NCBI GenBank assembly: GCA_963763775.1
Contig: CAVXPZ010000003.1
Location: 64,001-128,000, forward strand
Origin: an uncultured Chloroflexia bacterium
GTDB taxonomy: Bacteria > Chloroflexota > Limnocylindria > Limnocylindrales > CSP1-4
Reading direction: 5' to 3'
DNA length: 64,000 bases
Both the position numbers and the translations under genes were made by a program. Shown piece by piece: positions 42,174-52,330 of the stretch (the first letter of the stretch is position 1; each line of letters begins with the position of its first letter). The notes below the pieces were generated by a model. The model did no database searches. It was not told the origin of the DNA and saw only the letters and a program-made list of their open reading frames with translations.

Positions 42174-43374
42174 TCAGCGGCTCCGCTGCCAGGACTTGCC
42201 CTCGGTCTGGACCGACGGCGCGTACACCATCTCGACACGCTGCATCTCGCGGATCGTCCGCGCGCCCAGCGCCGCCATCGACTGCCGCAGCGCCCCGATC
42301 AGGTTCTCGCTGCCGTCCGTGACGTGAGCCGGGCCGAACAGGATGCGCTCGAGCGTGCCGACGGTCCCCACCTTGATCCGCGTGCCGCGCGGCAGGGTGG
42401 CCGACGGCGCGGCCATCCCCCAGTTCATCCCACGGCCGGGAGCTTCCTCGGCGCGGGCCAGCGGCGACCCGATCATCAGGACGTCGGCGCCGGCCGCGAT
42501 CGCCTTGGCCAGCTCGCCGCCCCGACGCATGCCGCCGTCCGCCACGACCGGGACATAGCGGCCGGTCTCGTTCATGTAGGCATCGCGCGCCGCCGCCACG
42601 TCGCTGATCGCGGTGACCTGTGGCACGCCGATGCCGAGCACCTCGCGGGTCGTGCAGGCCGCGCCGGGCCCGACGCCGACGAACACCGCGGCGGCACCCT
42701 GCTCCATCAAGCGCGAAGGCGGCCTCGGCGTTGGTCGTGTTGCCGACCGCGACGGGGATCGGCATGTACCGGGTGAAATCGGCGAGCGAGAGCGGGTCGT
42801 AGTCGGTCGCGAGGTGGCGAGCGCTCGAGACCTGGCTCTGGACGAGGAAGAGGTCGGCGCCATGCTCGGCGCAGAAGGGCCCGAATCGACGGGCCGCGCC
42901 GGGGGTCGCCGCGACCGCGGCCTTTGACCCGGCCGCGTGGATCGCCTCGAGGCGAGCGGCGATCAGGTCCTCCTGGATGGGTCGAGCGTAGGCCTCGGCG
43001 AGCAGGTCCTGGACCTCCCCGTCGGTCGCCGACGCGATCCGGGCGAGGACGGCGTCCGGGTCGTCGTAGCGGGTCTGGACGCCCTCGAGGTTGAGGATGG
43101 CCAGACCGCCGAGCCGCCCCAGCTCGCCGGCCATCCGCGTGTCCACGACCGCGTCCATCGCCGACGCGAGGACCGGGATGGCGAGATCGATCCCGGCGAA
43201 GGTCTGGGCCAGGTCGACGTCCGCGGGCTCGACGGTGTCGGTCCCGGGCGCGAGCGAGACATCCTCGAACCCGTACGTGGGTCGGATCGTGTCGACCTTC
43301 GAGTGGAAGACTCGGCGCGATGCGGCGGCCGATGCCGCCTCCGGGATCGGGGTGACCTGGCTTCGCTCGATCAC
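42174..43374 (-). CDS. guaB3: GuaB3-family IMP dehydrogenase-related protein, frameshift near 42710
   Basis: YGFEDVSLAP, ASAMD, LNLEG..TRY, GVGPGAACTTREVLGIG, ADGG, MIGSPLA, WGMA...LPRG; GGAGG RBS. Confidence 0.88.
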
Positions 43375-43447
43375 GTGGCCCTCCTGTGCCGCCTCACGCT
43401 TGGGCTGCCTGTGGCCGCGAGTCTACCAGCGGCCACGTATCCGGCGG

Positions 43448-43963
43448 TCAACCGGGGCCCGGGTGGTCGCGCGGCACCCTGTCGCCGTCGAGCGACAGTT
43501 CGAACCAGGCCGCACGTTCCGGGTCCGCCAGGTCGTCCCGGATCCGCTCGATCGCGGTCCGGTACCCGGGCCAGACGACCTGGCGATGCGCGGCGGCGAT
43601 CGGCAGCCAGCGCTCGTCATCGTGCTCGTGGGACCGGACCGGTTCGGCGGTCGCGGCCACGCGGACCGCGAAGACCGCGGCCGTGACGACGGCATCGACC
43701 GACGGCTCGTGGAACTGGTTCACCAGGTCAAGGTCGAAGAACGCCTCGATCGCCTCGGCGCCGAAGCCCGTCTCCTCGCGGAGTTCGCGGAGCGCGCCCT
43801 CCGCGACGCGTTCCCCGACCTCGAGGGAGCCCGAGACGCACTGCCACAGACCGGGGAGGATCCGGCCGGGTGCGCGTCGCAGGAGCAGGATCTCGGGCGC
43901 CACCTCGCCGTTCGGTCGTCGATAGACCCAGCAGTCGACGAGGTCGGGCCGGAACGGGCTCAT
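43448..43963 (-). CDS. NUDIX hydrolase (NudB/dihydroneopterin triphosphate pyrophosphatase-like)
   Basis: LLLRR, WQCVSG, Nudix box GSLEVGERVAEGALRELREETG, SHEHD. Confidence 0.88.
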   Translation of the reverse strand: MSPFRPDLVDCWVYRRPNGEVAPEILLLRRAPGRILPGLWQCVSGSLEVGERVAEGALRELREETGFGAEAIEAFFDLDLVNQFHEPSVDAVVTAAVFAVRVAATAEPVRSHEHDDERWLPIAAAHRQVVWPGYRTAIERIRDDLADPERAAWFELSLDGDRVPRDHPGPG

Positions 43964-45195
43964 CGGTGGCCGTTCGCCATGAGGACCGCGTCGGGTCGGC
44001 CGCGAAGCCGCCACATCGCCGCGACACCGATGGCCGGGCCGATCGCGAGGGCCGCGAAGGCCACGCGCCAGCCGGTGCCGTCGCCCTTGTCCAGGAGGCC
44101 CACCCCGACGATCGTGATGGACGTCAGGAGGAACCCGATGGCGACCTGGAGCGAGAGGGCGGAGCCGGCCGTCCCGGGCGGCGCGAGCTCCGACACGGCG
44201 GCGGAGAACTGCGCCGAATCCGCGACGACCGTCAACCCCCAGACGATCGCCAGGGCGACGACCAGCGCCGGGGCCGCGCCGAAGAGGAAGCCGATGGCGA
44301 TCGCGCAGGTGCCGCTCGCGAGCATCGCGGCGATGGTCAGCGTCGTCCGCCCGAGCCGGTCCGCGAGGACCCCGGCCGCGATGCAGCCGAGACCGCCCAT
44401 GCCGACGACGAGGAAGGCGGCGAACGACGCCCCTGCCGGGTCCGTCGATCCGGCCGCGGCAAAGCTCGCCGCGAGGAACAGCGGGAGCCACGTCCACATC
44501 GCGTAGAGCTCCCACATGTGACCCAGGTAGCCGATGTTCGCGAGCCGGACCGACGGTCGACGGAACGCGGCAGCCGCCACTGACAGGCTGAACCGCGGGG
44601 CTGATGTCTCGAACGGTCCCGGGCGGGCCAGTGCCAGGACGAGGAGGCCGCCGATGACCGCGGCGAGCGACGAGGCAGCGACGATCGGCCGCCAGTCAAG
44701 ACCGGCGAGTGCCCCGAGACCGCGGAACAGGTGCGGCAGGGCCGACCCGATCGTCAGCGCCCCGATCAGGACACCGATCGCCAACCCTCGCTGGACCCGG
44801 AACCAGCCGGTGATCATCCGCATCCCGACCGGGTAGACCGCCGCGAGGGCGACGCCCGTCAGCGCTCGAAACGGGAGCGCGGCCACGGGATCCGTCGCGA
44901 CGAAGGCGAACCCGAGGTTGCAGACTGCCGCCGTCGTCGCACCGGCGCAGAACAGGATCCGGCCCGGGATCACGTCCGCGGCCCCCGTCATCGCGATCAC
45001 CAGGGCCCCGGCGGCGAACCCGAGTTGCACGGCCACCGTGAGCATCGGGAGCTGCAGCCCCGTGAGATGCCACTCGCTCGTCAGCAGCGGGGACACCGCC
45101 GACGCGCTGAACCATGGCGCGAGCGCCAAGAGCATCCCGACCGAAAGGACGGCGAGGGCGAACCAGCGACCGTCCGGGTCCGCGTCCGTCGTCAT
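43960..45195 (-). CDS. MFS transporter
   Basis: About 12 TM segments; WFSASAV, VQLGF, YPVGM, GYLGHMWELYAMW, ADRLGR, ADSAQFSA. Confidence 0.92.
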   Translation of the reverse strand: MTTDADPDGRWFALAVLSVGMLLALAPWFSASAVSPLLTSEWHLTGLQLPMLTVAVQLGFAAGALVIAMTGAADVIPGRILFCAGATTAAVCNLGFAFVATDPVAALPFRALTGVALAAVYPVGMRMITGWFRVQRGLAIGVLIGALTIGSALPHLFRGLGALAGLDWRPIVAASSLAAVIGGLLVLALARPGPFETSAPRFSLSVAAAAFRRPSVRLANIGYLGHMWELYAMWTWLPLFLAASFAAAGSTDPAGASFAAFLVVGMGGLGCIAAGVLADRLGRTTLTIAAMLASGTCAIAIGFLFGAAPALVVALAIVWGLTVVADSAQFSAAVSELAPPGTAGSALSLQVAIGFLLTSITIVGVGLLDKGDGTGWRVAFAALAIGPAIGVAAMWRLRGRPDAVLMANGHR

Positions 45196-45402
45196 CGGGC
45201 CCGCTCCGTCGTCATCAGGTGAGCTCGGCACGATGTCGTGCCGTCCGACCGACGCGCATCCGGTCCGGTGTCAAATGGTCCGGGCGCGTGCCGCCAGGCG
45301 TCGGAACGAGCCGTTCTGCGCTCCCTGGGGCGCGATCGCCCCGCCACGGCTGCCGGCCGGCACGGATCCGTGCCGGCCGTTCGGAGCACGACCGGTCGGC
45401 CA

Positions 45403-45732
45403 CTACAGGCGCTCGAAGCGCTCCACCGGCAGCACGAAGACCGTCGCGCCGCCCACTTCGACCTCGAGGGGATACGGCATGAAGAACTCGCCCGGCTCCA
45501 TGATCGGCGGCATCGGGTTGACCACCTGGGTCCGCGACGTGCAGTTCTCGCGGACGACGCCCATGACCTCGTCCACGTCGCCGTCCTCCACGCCGAGGAT
45601 GATCGTCGCGTTGGACTGCTTGAGGAATCCGCCCGAGCTGTGGAGCCGCGTCGCGCGGAACTCCTTCTCGAGCAGGGCGTCGACGAGGGTGCCCGCATCC
45701 TCGTGATGGACGATGGCGACGACGAGCTTCAT
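45403..45732 (-). CDS. darA: Cyclic-di-AMP receptor, PII-like (DarA/PstA/YaaQ)
   Basis: MKLVVAIV..EDA, ATRLHSSGGFLKQSNATI, EVEVGGATVFVLPVE. Confidence 0.93.
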   Translation of the reverse strand: MKLVVAIVHHEDAGTLVDALLEKEFRATRLHSSGGFLKQSNATIILGVEDGDVDEVMGVVRENCTSRTQVVNPMPPIMEPGEFFMPYPLEVEVGGATVFVLPVERFERL

Positions 45733-45829
45733 CGCGCGGAGTATCGACGGCGCGACCGACCGCGGTCAACGCGCGGATGCGGGGTGTACGATGCCGGCTC
45801 CGACGACCGATGCGTGCAGGAGTCCCCCC

Positions 45830-46852
45830 GTGGCTGAAGACGGACCGTCCAGCGATCCCCGCGCGAGCCTCCCGGCGGCCATCGCCGCGGTCACGGATGC
45901 GAGCGACCTCGACGGCGCGCTCGCCGGCCTGCTCGCCGTCGCCGGGACCGCCCTTGCGCCGACGATGGGCGCCATCCTGATCGCCGACCCGGATCGCGCC
46001 GACCTCATCCTCGCGAGCTCGCTCGGCATGGACGCCGAAGGTGACGCCCGCCTGACCGCCTCGGTGGCCGATCCCGCCGATCCGTTCGCGGCCGCGGCAC
46101 GCGAGCGCGTCGCGACCTTCGACCGCGCAGCGACCACGCCGACCGGCGACGCGTTCGTCGGCGCCTATCTGCCGCTGCTGATCTCGCACGGCGGGGTCGA
46201 GGAAGCCCTCGGCACGATCGGCTTCGGCTGGCCGGCTCCGCACGAGGCGGGAGAAGCCGAGCGCGAGACCCTGACATCCCTGGCCGGCCTGGTGGCGCTG
46301 GCCGTGGACCGCGCGCGCGTGGCCGCGACAGCCGCGGAGCGGTCGGAGTGGTTCGAGCGCCTGGCGCACAGCGATGCGTTGACCGGTCTCGCCAACGAGC
46401 GGACCGTCGCCCGGGTCCTCGAGCTCGAGCTCGCCCGAGCCGGGCGGCAGGGCGGCGAGGTCTCGCTGGCGATGTTCGACGTGGACGACTTCCAGGCCAC
46501 GAACCGCGACGGCGGCCACGCGGCCGGCGATGACGTGCTGCGGCGGGTGGCGGCGGTCCTCGCGGAGTCGGTGCGGCTCGTCGACACGGTCGGACGCGTC
46601 GGCGGCGACGAGTTCGTGCTGATCGCCCCGGGCTCGGCCGGTCTGACGGTCGCCGAGCGCGTCAAGGCCGGCATCGCGCGCCTCCCGGCCGTGGCCGGTC
46701 GCGAGGTCTCCGTGTCGGTCGGTATCGCGCGGTTCCCGACCGACGGCGCGGACGCCGACTCGCTCATCGCGGCCGCCACGAGCGCCCTGGCACGCGCCAA
46801 GGCCGAGGGCCACGGCAGCATCGCCGAGACGGACGCCGTCACCGAGGGCTAA
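45830..46852 (+). CDS. GAF-GGDEF diguanylate cyclase
   Basis: AGGAG RBS; GAF-like N-terminus; DALTGL, DVDDF..TN, GHAAGD, RxxD I-site (RLVD), intact GGDEF. Confidence 0.92.
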   Translation: MAEDGPSSDPRASLPAAIAAVTDASDLDGALAGLLAVAGTALAPTMGAILIADPDRADLILASSLGMDAEGDARLTASVADPADPFAAAARERVATFDRAATTPTGDAFVGAYLPLLISHGGVEEALGTIGFGWPAPHEAGEAERETLTSLAGLVALAVDRARVAATAAERSEWFERLAHSDALTGLANERTVARVLELELARAGRQGGEVSLAMFDVDDFQATNRDGGHAAGDDVLRRVAAVLAESVRLVDTVGRVGGDEFVLIAPGSAGLTVAERVKAGIARLPAVAGREVSVSVGIARFPTDGADADSLIAAATSALARAKAEGHGSIAETDAVTEG

Positions 46853-46892
46853 TGAGCCGGAGTCGGACCCGTCGGCCGCCGTCGGCGGCCCG

Positions 46893-47783
46893 TCATCCGG
46901 GAGCGGTCGCCGTCCCCGATGAGACGATCGGCAGCGTCGGCGTCGTCGCCCCGGCCGCGGGCTCGAGGGTCAGCGCGAGCACCATCCCGCCCTGGGGTGC
47001 CGGGCCCGCGGCCTGCAGCGACCCGGTCCCGGCACTCCCGACGTCGAAACTGCCGAGCGGCATCGGGACCCCGTCCGAGCCGATGGCCCACGCTTCGTAG
47101 ACCGACGTCCCCGTCGTCGGGGCAAGGTCGTGCATCGCCATCGTCACCTCGCCCGACGAGGCCACGGCCGCCACCCCGGCCGGCCCGGAACCGCCTTCGG
47201 TCGTGAGGACCGCGGTCAGCGCCCCTGGCTGCGCCGCCGCCGTGATGACCGCGGCGACATCCTGCTGGTACTGCTGGGCGGTGCTCACCTGGCCCTGGAG
47301 TGACAGGTTCCACGCGGCGAGCACCCCGATGACCAGCACCGCGGCGATCCGGACGGCCCAGGTCAACGGCGACGTGCGTCGCGACGGCCGGGTGCCGGGA
47401 ACAGGATCGGACGTGGGTGCCGGGAACGGGATCGGAGCGGCGGCGGACTCGGGCACTGCGCCAGGCGCGGGCACCGCGGCGGCCGGCGAGGAGGCGGTCG
47501 GCGCCACCGCAAGACCAGCCACCGGGACCGGCTCGAGATCGGTCGCCGCGGCCGCGAGGACACGGGCCTTCAGCCCGGCTGACGGCTCCATCTGCGGGAC
47601 GGACGCATCGAGCGCGGGCAGCACCGACCCGAGCTCCGCGATCTCCTCGTGGGCCTCGGGGCAGGTCGCGAGGTGCTCGCGGACCGCGGCCTCGTCGACG
47701 GGGTCGAGGGCACCCAGGACGAACGCGGCCGCGAGGTCGCGGACGTCGTCGCACGTCAGCTCGGGCGGCATCGGATCGCTCAC
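46893..47783 (-). CDS. Anti-sigma factor, RskA-like with zinc-binding N-terminus
   Basis: AAFVLGALD...HLATC, TM segment, YEAWAI...P..LGSF, LALTLEP...PT. Confidence 0.87.
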   Translation of the reverse strand: MSDPMPPELTCDDVRDLAAAFVLGALDPVDEAAVREHLATCPEAHEEIAELGSVLPALDASVPQMEPSAGLKARVLAAAATDLEPVPVAGLAVAPTASSPAAAVPAPGAVPESAAAPIPFPAPTSDPVPGTRPSRRTSPLTWAVRIAAVLVIGVLAAWNLSLQGQVSTAQQYQQDVAAVITAAAQPGALTAVLTTEGGSGPAGVAAVASSGEVTMAMHDLAPTTGTSVYEAWAIGSDGVPMPLGSFDVGSAGTGSLQAAGPAPQGGMVLALTLEPAAGATTPTLPIVSSGTATAPG

Positions 47784-48376
47784 GGCGTGTCCGCCTCGAG
47801 TTCGCGACGCATCGCGAGCAGGCCCAGCCGCATCCGGCTCTTGACGGTCCCGAGCGGCGTCCCGGTCCGCTCGGCCACCTCGGTCTGGGTCAGACCGCCG
47901 AAGTAGGCCATCTCGATCGCCTCGCGCTGCACGTCGGACAGGCTGGCCAGCGCGCGTCGGACGGCGTCCGCGTCGAGGTTCGCGGACACCTCGGCCCAGA
48001 CGTCGGGCAACCGGAATGCCGGCGGCGGGGCCTCCTCGTGCTCCGGGAGCTCGGTGGTCGGCTTGCGCCGACGGATCGCGTCGATCGCCCGGTGGTGGAC
48101 GATGGAGAGCAGCCAGGTCTTCACGCTGCCACGGCCCTCTACGTAGCGGGCGGCGTTGCGCCAAGCGCCGAGGAAGGCGTCCTGGACGACGTCCTCGGCA
48201 AGGCTTGCGTCATTCGTGATCCGGTAGGCGATCGAATAGGCCATCGTCTTGTATCGCTCATACAGTTCGTCGAGGGCGTCGAGCTCGTGCTCGGCCACCC
48301 TGGCGAGCACGGCTCGATCGGCGTCGTCCGCCGGCGTGGCGGTCCGCAGTCGAAGCGACCCCCGATCGTCGCTCAT
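47780..48376 (-). CDS. ECF RNA polymerase sigma factor (SigK-like)
   Basis: AEDVVQDAF, WLLSIVHHRAID, QREAIEMAYFGGLTQTEVA, PLGTVKSR. Confidence 0.93.
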   Translation of the reverse strand: MSDDRGSLRLRTATPADDADRAVLARVAEHELDALDELYERYKTMAYSIAYRITNDASLAEDVVQDAFLGAWRNAARYVEGRGSVKTWLLSIVHHRAIDAIRRRKPTTELPEHEEAPPPAFRLPDVWAEVSANLDADAVRRALASLSDVQREAIEMAYFGGLTQTEVAERTGTPLGTVKSRMRLGLLAMRRELEADTP

Positions 48377-49062
48377 GTGCTGGTGCGCAGCACGCGCGGT
48401 TTCGGTTCATCGACCTGGAGCACCCGGTCAACGGCGGCCGCGACATCCGATGCCACGGCGTCCGGTGATCGCGTCGCATCGACGGTCGCGAACCGGCTCG
48501 GTGACGCCGCCGCGAGCGCCAGGAACCCCTCCCGGACCCGCTCGTGGAAGGCGAGGTCGAATTCCGCCTCGAACCGCGTCAGGTCATCTGGGGCCTTCCG
48601 GGCCAGACCGATCTCGACCGGCACGTCCAGCAGGATGGTGAGGTCGGGCTGGAGGCCGTCGGTCGCGGCCGCTTCAAGGGCTCGCAGCCGGTCCAGCGGG
48701 ACCCCGGCACCATAGCCCTGGTAGGCGATCGTCGAGTCGGCGAACCGCGCGCACACGATCGTCCGACCTGCGGCCAACGCCGGACGGATCACCTCGACGA
48801 CGAGCTGGCGACGCGCCGCGTCGAACAGGAAGGCGTCCGTCAACGGGTCCGCCCGAGTCCCGGCGCCGGTCCGCGCGAGAAGCAACTCGCGGAGCCGCTC
48901 ACCCAGCCAGGTCCCGCCGGGCTCCCGCGTCGAGTGGACGTCGTGACCGATCGACTCGAGGTACGAGACCAACCGGGCCGCCTGCGTGGTCTTGCCGGCT
49001 CCCTCGGGCCCTTCCATCGTGATGAACCAGCCGCGCCGGGCCGGTCCGTCGGGACGTGTCAC
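48373..49062 (-). CDS. tmk: Thymidylate kinase
   Basis: FITMEGPEGAGKTTQ, TREPGGT, RFADSTIAYQGYG, PDLTILLD, FHERVREGF. Confidence 0.96.
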   Translation of the reverse strand: MTRPDGPARRGWFITMEGPEGAGKTTQAARLVSYLESIGHDVHSTREPGGTWLGERLRELLLARTGAGTRADPLTDAFLFDAARRQLVVEVIRPALAAGRTIVCARFADSTIAYQGYGAGVPLDRLRALEAAATDGLQPDLTILLDVPVEIGLARKAPDDLTRFEAEFDLAFHERVREGFLALAAASPSRFATVDATRSPDAVASDVAAAVDRVLQVDEPKPRVLRTST

Positions 49063-49138
49063 GGCGGGAGTGTAGCCGACAGGTCCTGGCCGCCCGCCCG
49101 GTCATCCGGCCGGGGACCTCCTGCGTATCCAGGCCACG

Positions 49139-50771
49139 ATGGGACGATCGACCGGCCGACAGACCCGCCCGCGAGCGCTCGCCGCGACGGCCTTGGCGCT
49201 GCTCGCCGTGCTCCTCCTGCCTGCGGTCGCGGCCGCGCACCCGCTCGGCAACTTCACGATCAACCACTACGCGGGCATCCGGGTCGAACCGGCGAGGATC
49301 ACGCTCGACATCGTCATCGACCAGGCGGAGATCCCGGCCTTCCAGACGCGGCAGTCACTCGACGTCGATGGCGACGGCGACCTGTCCGCGGCCGAGATCG
49401 AGGCGGGCCGGTCGAGGGCCTGCGGCGACCTCGCCCCGTCGCTGGACCTCCGGGTCGGCACGGACCGGGTGACCCTGGACACGGGGCCCGGCCGGCTCAG
49501 CTTCCCGCCCGGCGCGGGCGGACTCACGACGATGCGTCTCGAGTGCCCGTTCACGGTGGCCCTGGCGCAGCCGATGACCGCCGGGACGTCGGTCGACTTC
49601 CGCGACGCCTCGTTCGCCGAGCGCATCGGGTGGCGCGAGATCGTCGTGACCGCGGCCGGGGTCGCGGTCGATGGCGACGGCCTCCGCGCCACGAGCCCCT
49701 CCGCGCGGCTCACGGCCTATCCGGCCGACCTGCTCGCAGCGCCGCTCGACGACCGGTCGGTGTCGTTCGCGGCGACGCCGACCGGGGCTCCCGTTGCCGC
49801 GACGGGGACGGTCCCGCCGGTCTCGGGAGCGGTGCCCGCAGCCCACGTCGACCCGGCGATCGGGGCCGCACCGGCCGCGACGACGACCGGCGCCGTGCCG
49901 GGCGGCGTGATCGCCGGCGAGCTGCCATCGATCTTCCGCGCCGCCGACCTCACCCCCGTGGTGCTCCTGATCTCCCTGCTCACCGCGGGCGCGCTCGGCG
50001 CCGGGCACGCGCTCACGCCTGGGCACGGCAAGACCCTCATGGCCGCCTATCTGGTGGGAACCCGGGGCACGCCGCTCCATGCGGTCGGTCTCGGCCTGTC
50101 CGTGACGGTCTCGCACACGATCGGCATCCTGGCCCTCGCCGCGGTCATCGTGGGGGCGCAAGGCCTGGTCGCGCCGGACCTCGTCGTCCGTTGGGCGCCG
50201 ATCGTCGCGGCCGTCTCGATCGTCGCGATCGGCGGCTGGATGCTCCTCGGCGAGATCCGCCGACGCCGGGCGGCTGGCGCGGCCCACGCCCTGGCGCACG
50301 CGCACGACCTCGACCATCCGCACGCCCACGACGACGAGCATCCGCACACCCACGAGGAGCACCACCCGGACGTGGGCGCCACCGCCGGCGAGCACACCCA
50401 CGGCGGCGTCAGCCACTCGCACCTCCCGGCGGCCGGGACGACGATCACCTGGCGGGGGCTCTTCGCCCTCGGGCTGGCCGGCGGCCTCATCCCGTCGACG
50501 AGCGCGCTGCTCATCCTGCTCGGATCGCTTGCGGCCGGCCGGCCGGCGTTCGGGTTCGTGCTGGTCGTCGCCTTCGGGCTCGGCATGGCGGCCGTCATGA
50601 GCGGGATCGGCATCGCCCTCGTCCTGGCTCGCGGACGCCTGGACCGCCTGGACGGACGGACGCGCCTGGGACGCGTCGGGAGCCGCGGTGCCGCTCCTGG
50701 CGGCGGTCCTCGTCCTGGGCCTCGGCTGCTATCTGACGATGCAGGCGGTCGGCGGCTCGCCGACCCTCTAG
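49139..50771 (+). CDS. RcnA/HoxN-like nickel/cobalt transporter with extracellular N-domain, frameshift near 50680
   Basis: AHPLGNFTINHY, IGWREI, HALTPGHGKT, SHTIG, His-rich loop, GGLIPS; corrected C-terminus AVPLLAAVLVLGLG...PTL, stop at 50769-50771. Confidence 0.85.
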
Positions 50772-50838
50772 ATCGCGACGCGATAGGGGAAACACCCCAG
50801 CGACAGGTCGGCCGTGGCCCTGCTAGGCTCCGCCGCGC

Positions 50839-52293
50839 ATGCGAGACCTGACCGACCGCGCCCTGGACACCGCCTCCGCCCAAGGCGCCGGATACGCCGA
50901 CGTCCGCGTCGTCCGCCGCCTCGACGAGAGCGTCGCGATCAAGACCGGTCGGGTCGAAGGCGTCGCGTCGGGCGAGAGCGAAGGGTTCGGCGTTCGCGTC
51001 CTCGTCGACGGGGCCTGGGGCTTCGCGTCGTCGCACATCCTGACGATGGCCGAGGCGGACCGCGTGGCCGGCGAGGCCGTGCGTATCGCCCGCGCGTCGG
51101 CCACGGCGATGCGCGAACCGGTGGTCCTGTCCGACCGGCCGCCGGCCGTCGGCACCTTCGAGACACCGGTCGTCGAGGATCCCTTCGCCGTCCCGCTCGA
51201 GCGCAAGATCGGGGACCTGCTGGCTGCGGACACGGCCGCCGCCAAGGTCAAGGGCATCGCCTTCACCGAGTCGATGTACGCGGCGCAGCGCGAGTGGAAG
51301 ACGTTCGCGGCGACCGACGGCAGCTACACCGAGCAGACCATCACCCACGTCGGCTCGGCGGTCGAGGCCAACGCCGTCGAGGGCGACGAGCACCAGCGGC
51401 GCAGCTATCCCGACTCGGGCGGTGGCTGGAACGCGGCCGGCTACGAGTACATCCGGAGCCTCGACCTCGCCGCAAGGAGCGAGCCCCTCGCCGACGAGGC
51501 GGTCGCGCTGCTCACCGCCCCGCAGTGCCCGTCGGGGCAGTTCACGATCGTGCTCGACCCGACGCAGCTGTACCTGCAGCTCCACGAGTCCTGCGGCCAT
51601 CCGACCGAGCTCGACCGCGTCTTCGGGACGGAGGCGTCCTACGCCGGGACGAGCTTCCTGACCACCGACAAGCTCGCCGACGGGTTCCGCTACGGCTCGG
51701 ACGTCATCGACATCGTCGCCGACGCCACCGCGCCCGGCGGGATGGGGACGTTCGGCTGGGACGACGAAGGCGTCGAGGCCCAGGCGGTGCCGCTGGTGCG
51801 CAACGGGATCTTCGTCGGCTACCTCTCCAGCCGGGAGACCGCGCCGCGGATCGGTCGCCGCAGCGGCGGGGCGATGCGCGCTGACGGCTGGAACCGGATC
51901 CCGCTCATCCGCATGACCAACGTCAACCTGCTGCCGCAACCGGGGATGAGCCTCGACGAGATCGTCGCCGACACGGACGACGGGCTGTACCTCGCGTCGA
52001 ACCGCAGCTGGTCGATCGACGACCGCCGCCTCAACTTCCAGTTCGCGACCGAGGTCGCCTACGAGATCAAGGGCGGCAAGAAGGGCCGGCTGTTCAAGAA
52101 CCCGACGTATACCGGGATCACGTACGAGTTCTGGCGATCCTGCGACGCCGTCGGCGATGAGCGGAGCTATCGGATGCTCGGGACGCCCAACTGCGGCAAG
52201 GGCGAGCCCGGTCAGACCGGCCACGTCGGGCACGCGGTCCCGGGCGCCCGGTTCCGGAACGTCCAGGTCGGGGTCGGCAAGTGGTCGCGGTGA
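50839..52293 (+). CDS. tldD: TldD family metalloprotease
   Basis: YADVR, GFGVRV..GAWGFAS, HESCGHPTELD, WDDEG, RMTN, CGKG. Confidence 0.92.
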   Translation: MRDLTDRALDTASAQGAGYADVRVVRRLDESVAIKTGRVEGVASGESEGFGVRVLVDGAWGFASSHILTMAEADRVAGEAVRIARASATAMREPVVLSDRPPAVGTFETPVVEDPFAVPLERKIGDLLAADTAAAKVKGIAFTESMYAAQREWKTFAATDGSYTEQTITHVGSAVEANAVEGDEHQRRSYPDSGGGWNAAGYEYIRSLDLAARSEPLADEAVALLTAPQCPSGQFTIVLDPTQLYLQLHESCGHPTELDRVFGTEASYAGTSFLTTDKLADGFRYGSDVIDIVADATAPGGMGTFGWDDEGVEAQAVPLVRNGIFVGYLSSRETAPRIGRRSGGAMRADGWNRIPLIRMTNVNLLPQPGMSLDEIVADTDDGLYLASNRSWSIDDRRLNFQFATEVAYEIKGGKKGRLFKNPTYTGITYEFWRSCDAVGDERSYRMLGTPNCGKGEPGQTGHVGHAVPGARFRNVQVGVGKWSR

Positions 52294-52330
52294 CGACGAC
52301 GGCGTCGCGGGTCTGCCCGCGGGTGGTCCG

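Noticed and set aside
50280-50520. His-rich tract and PST in place of the PCP motif in the Ni/Co transporter
   Set aside because: His-rich loops are normal for RcnA-like proteins, and Ser variants occur in high-GC homologs.
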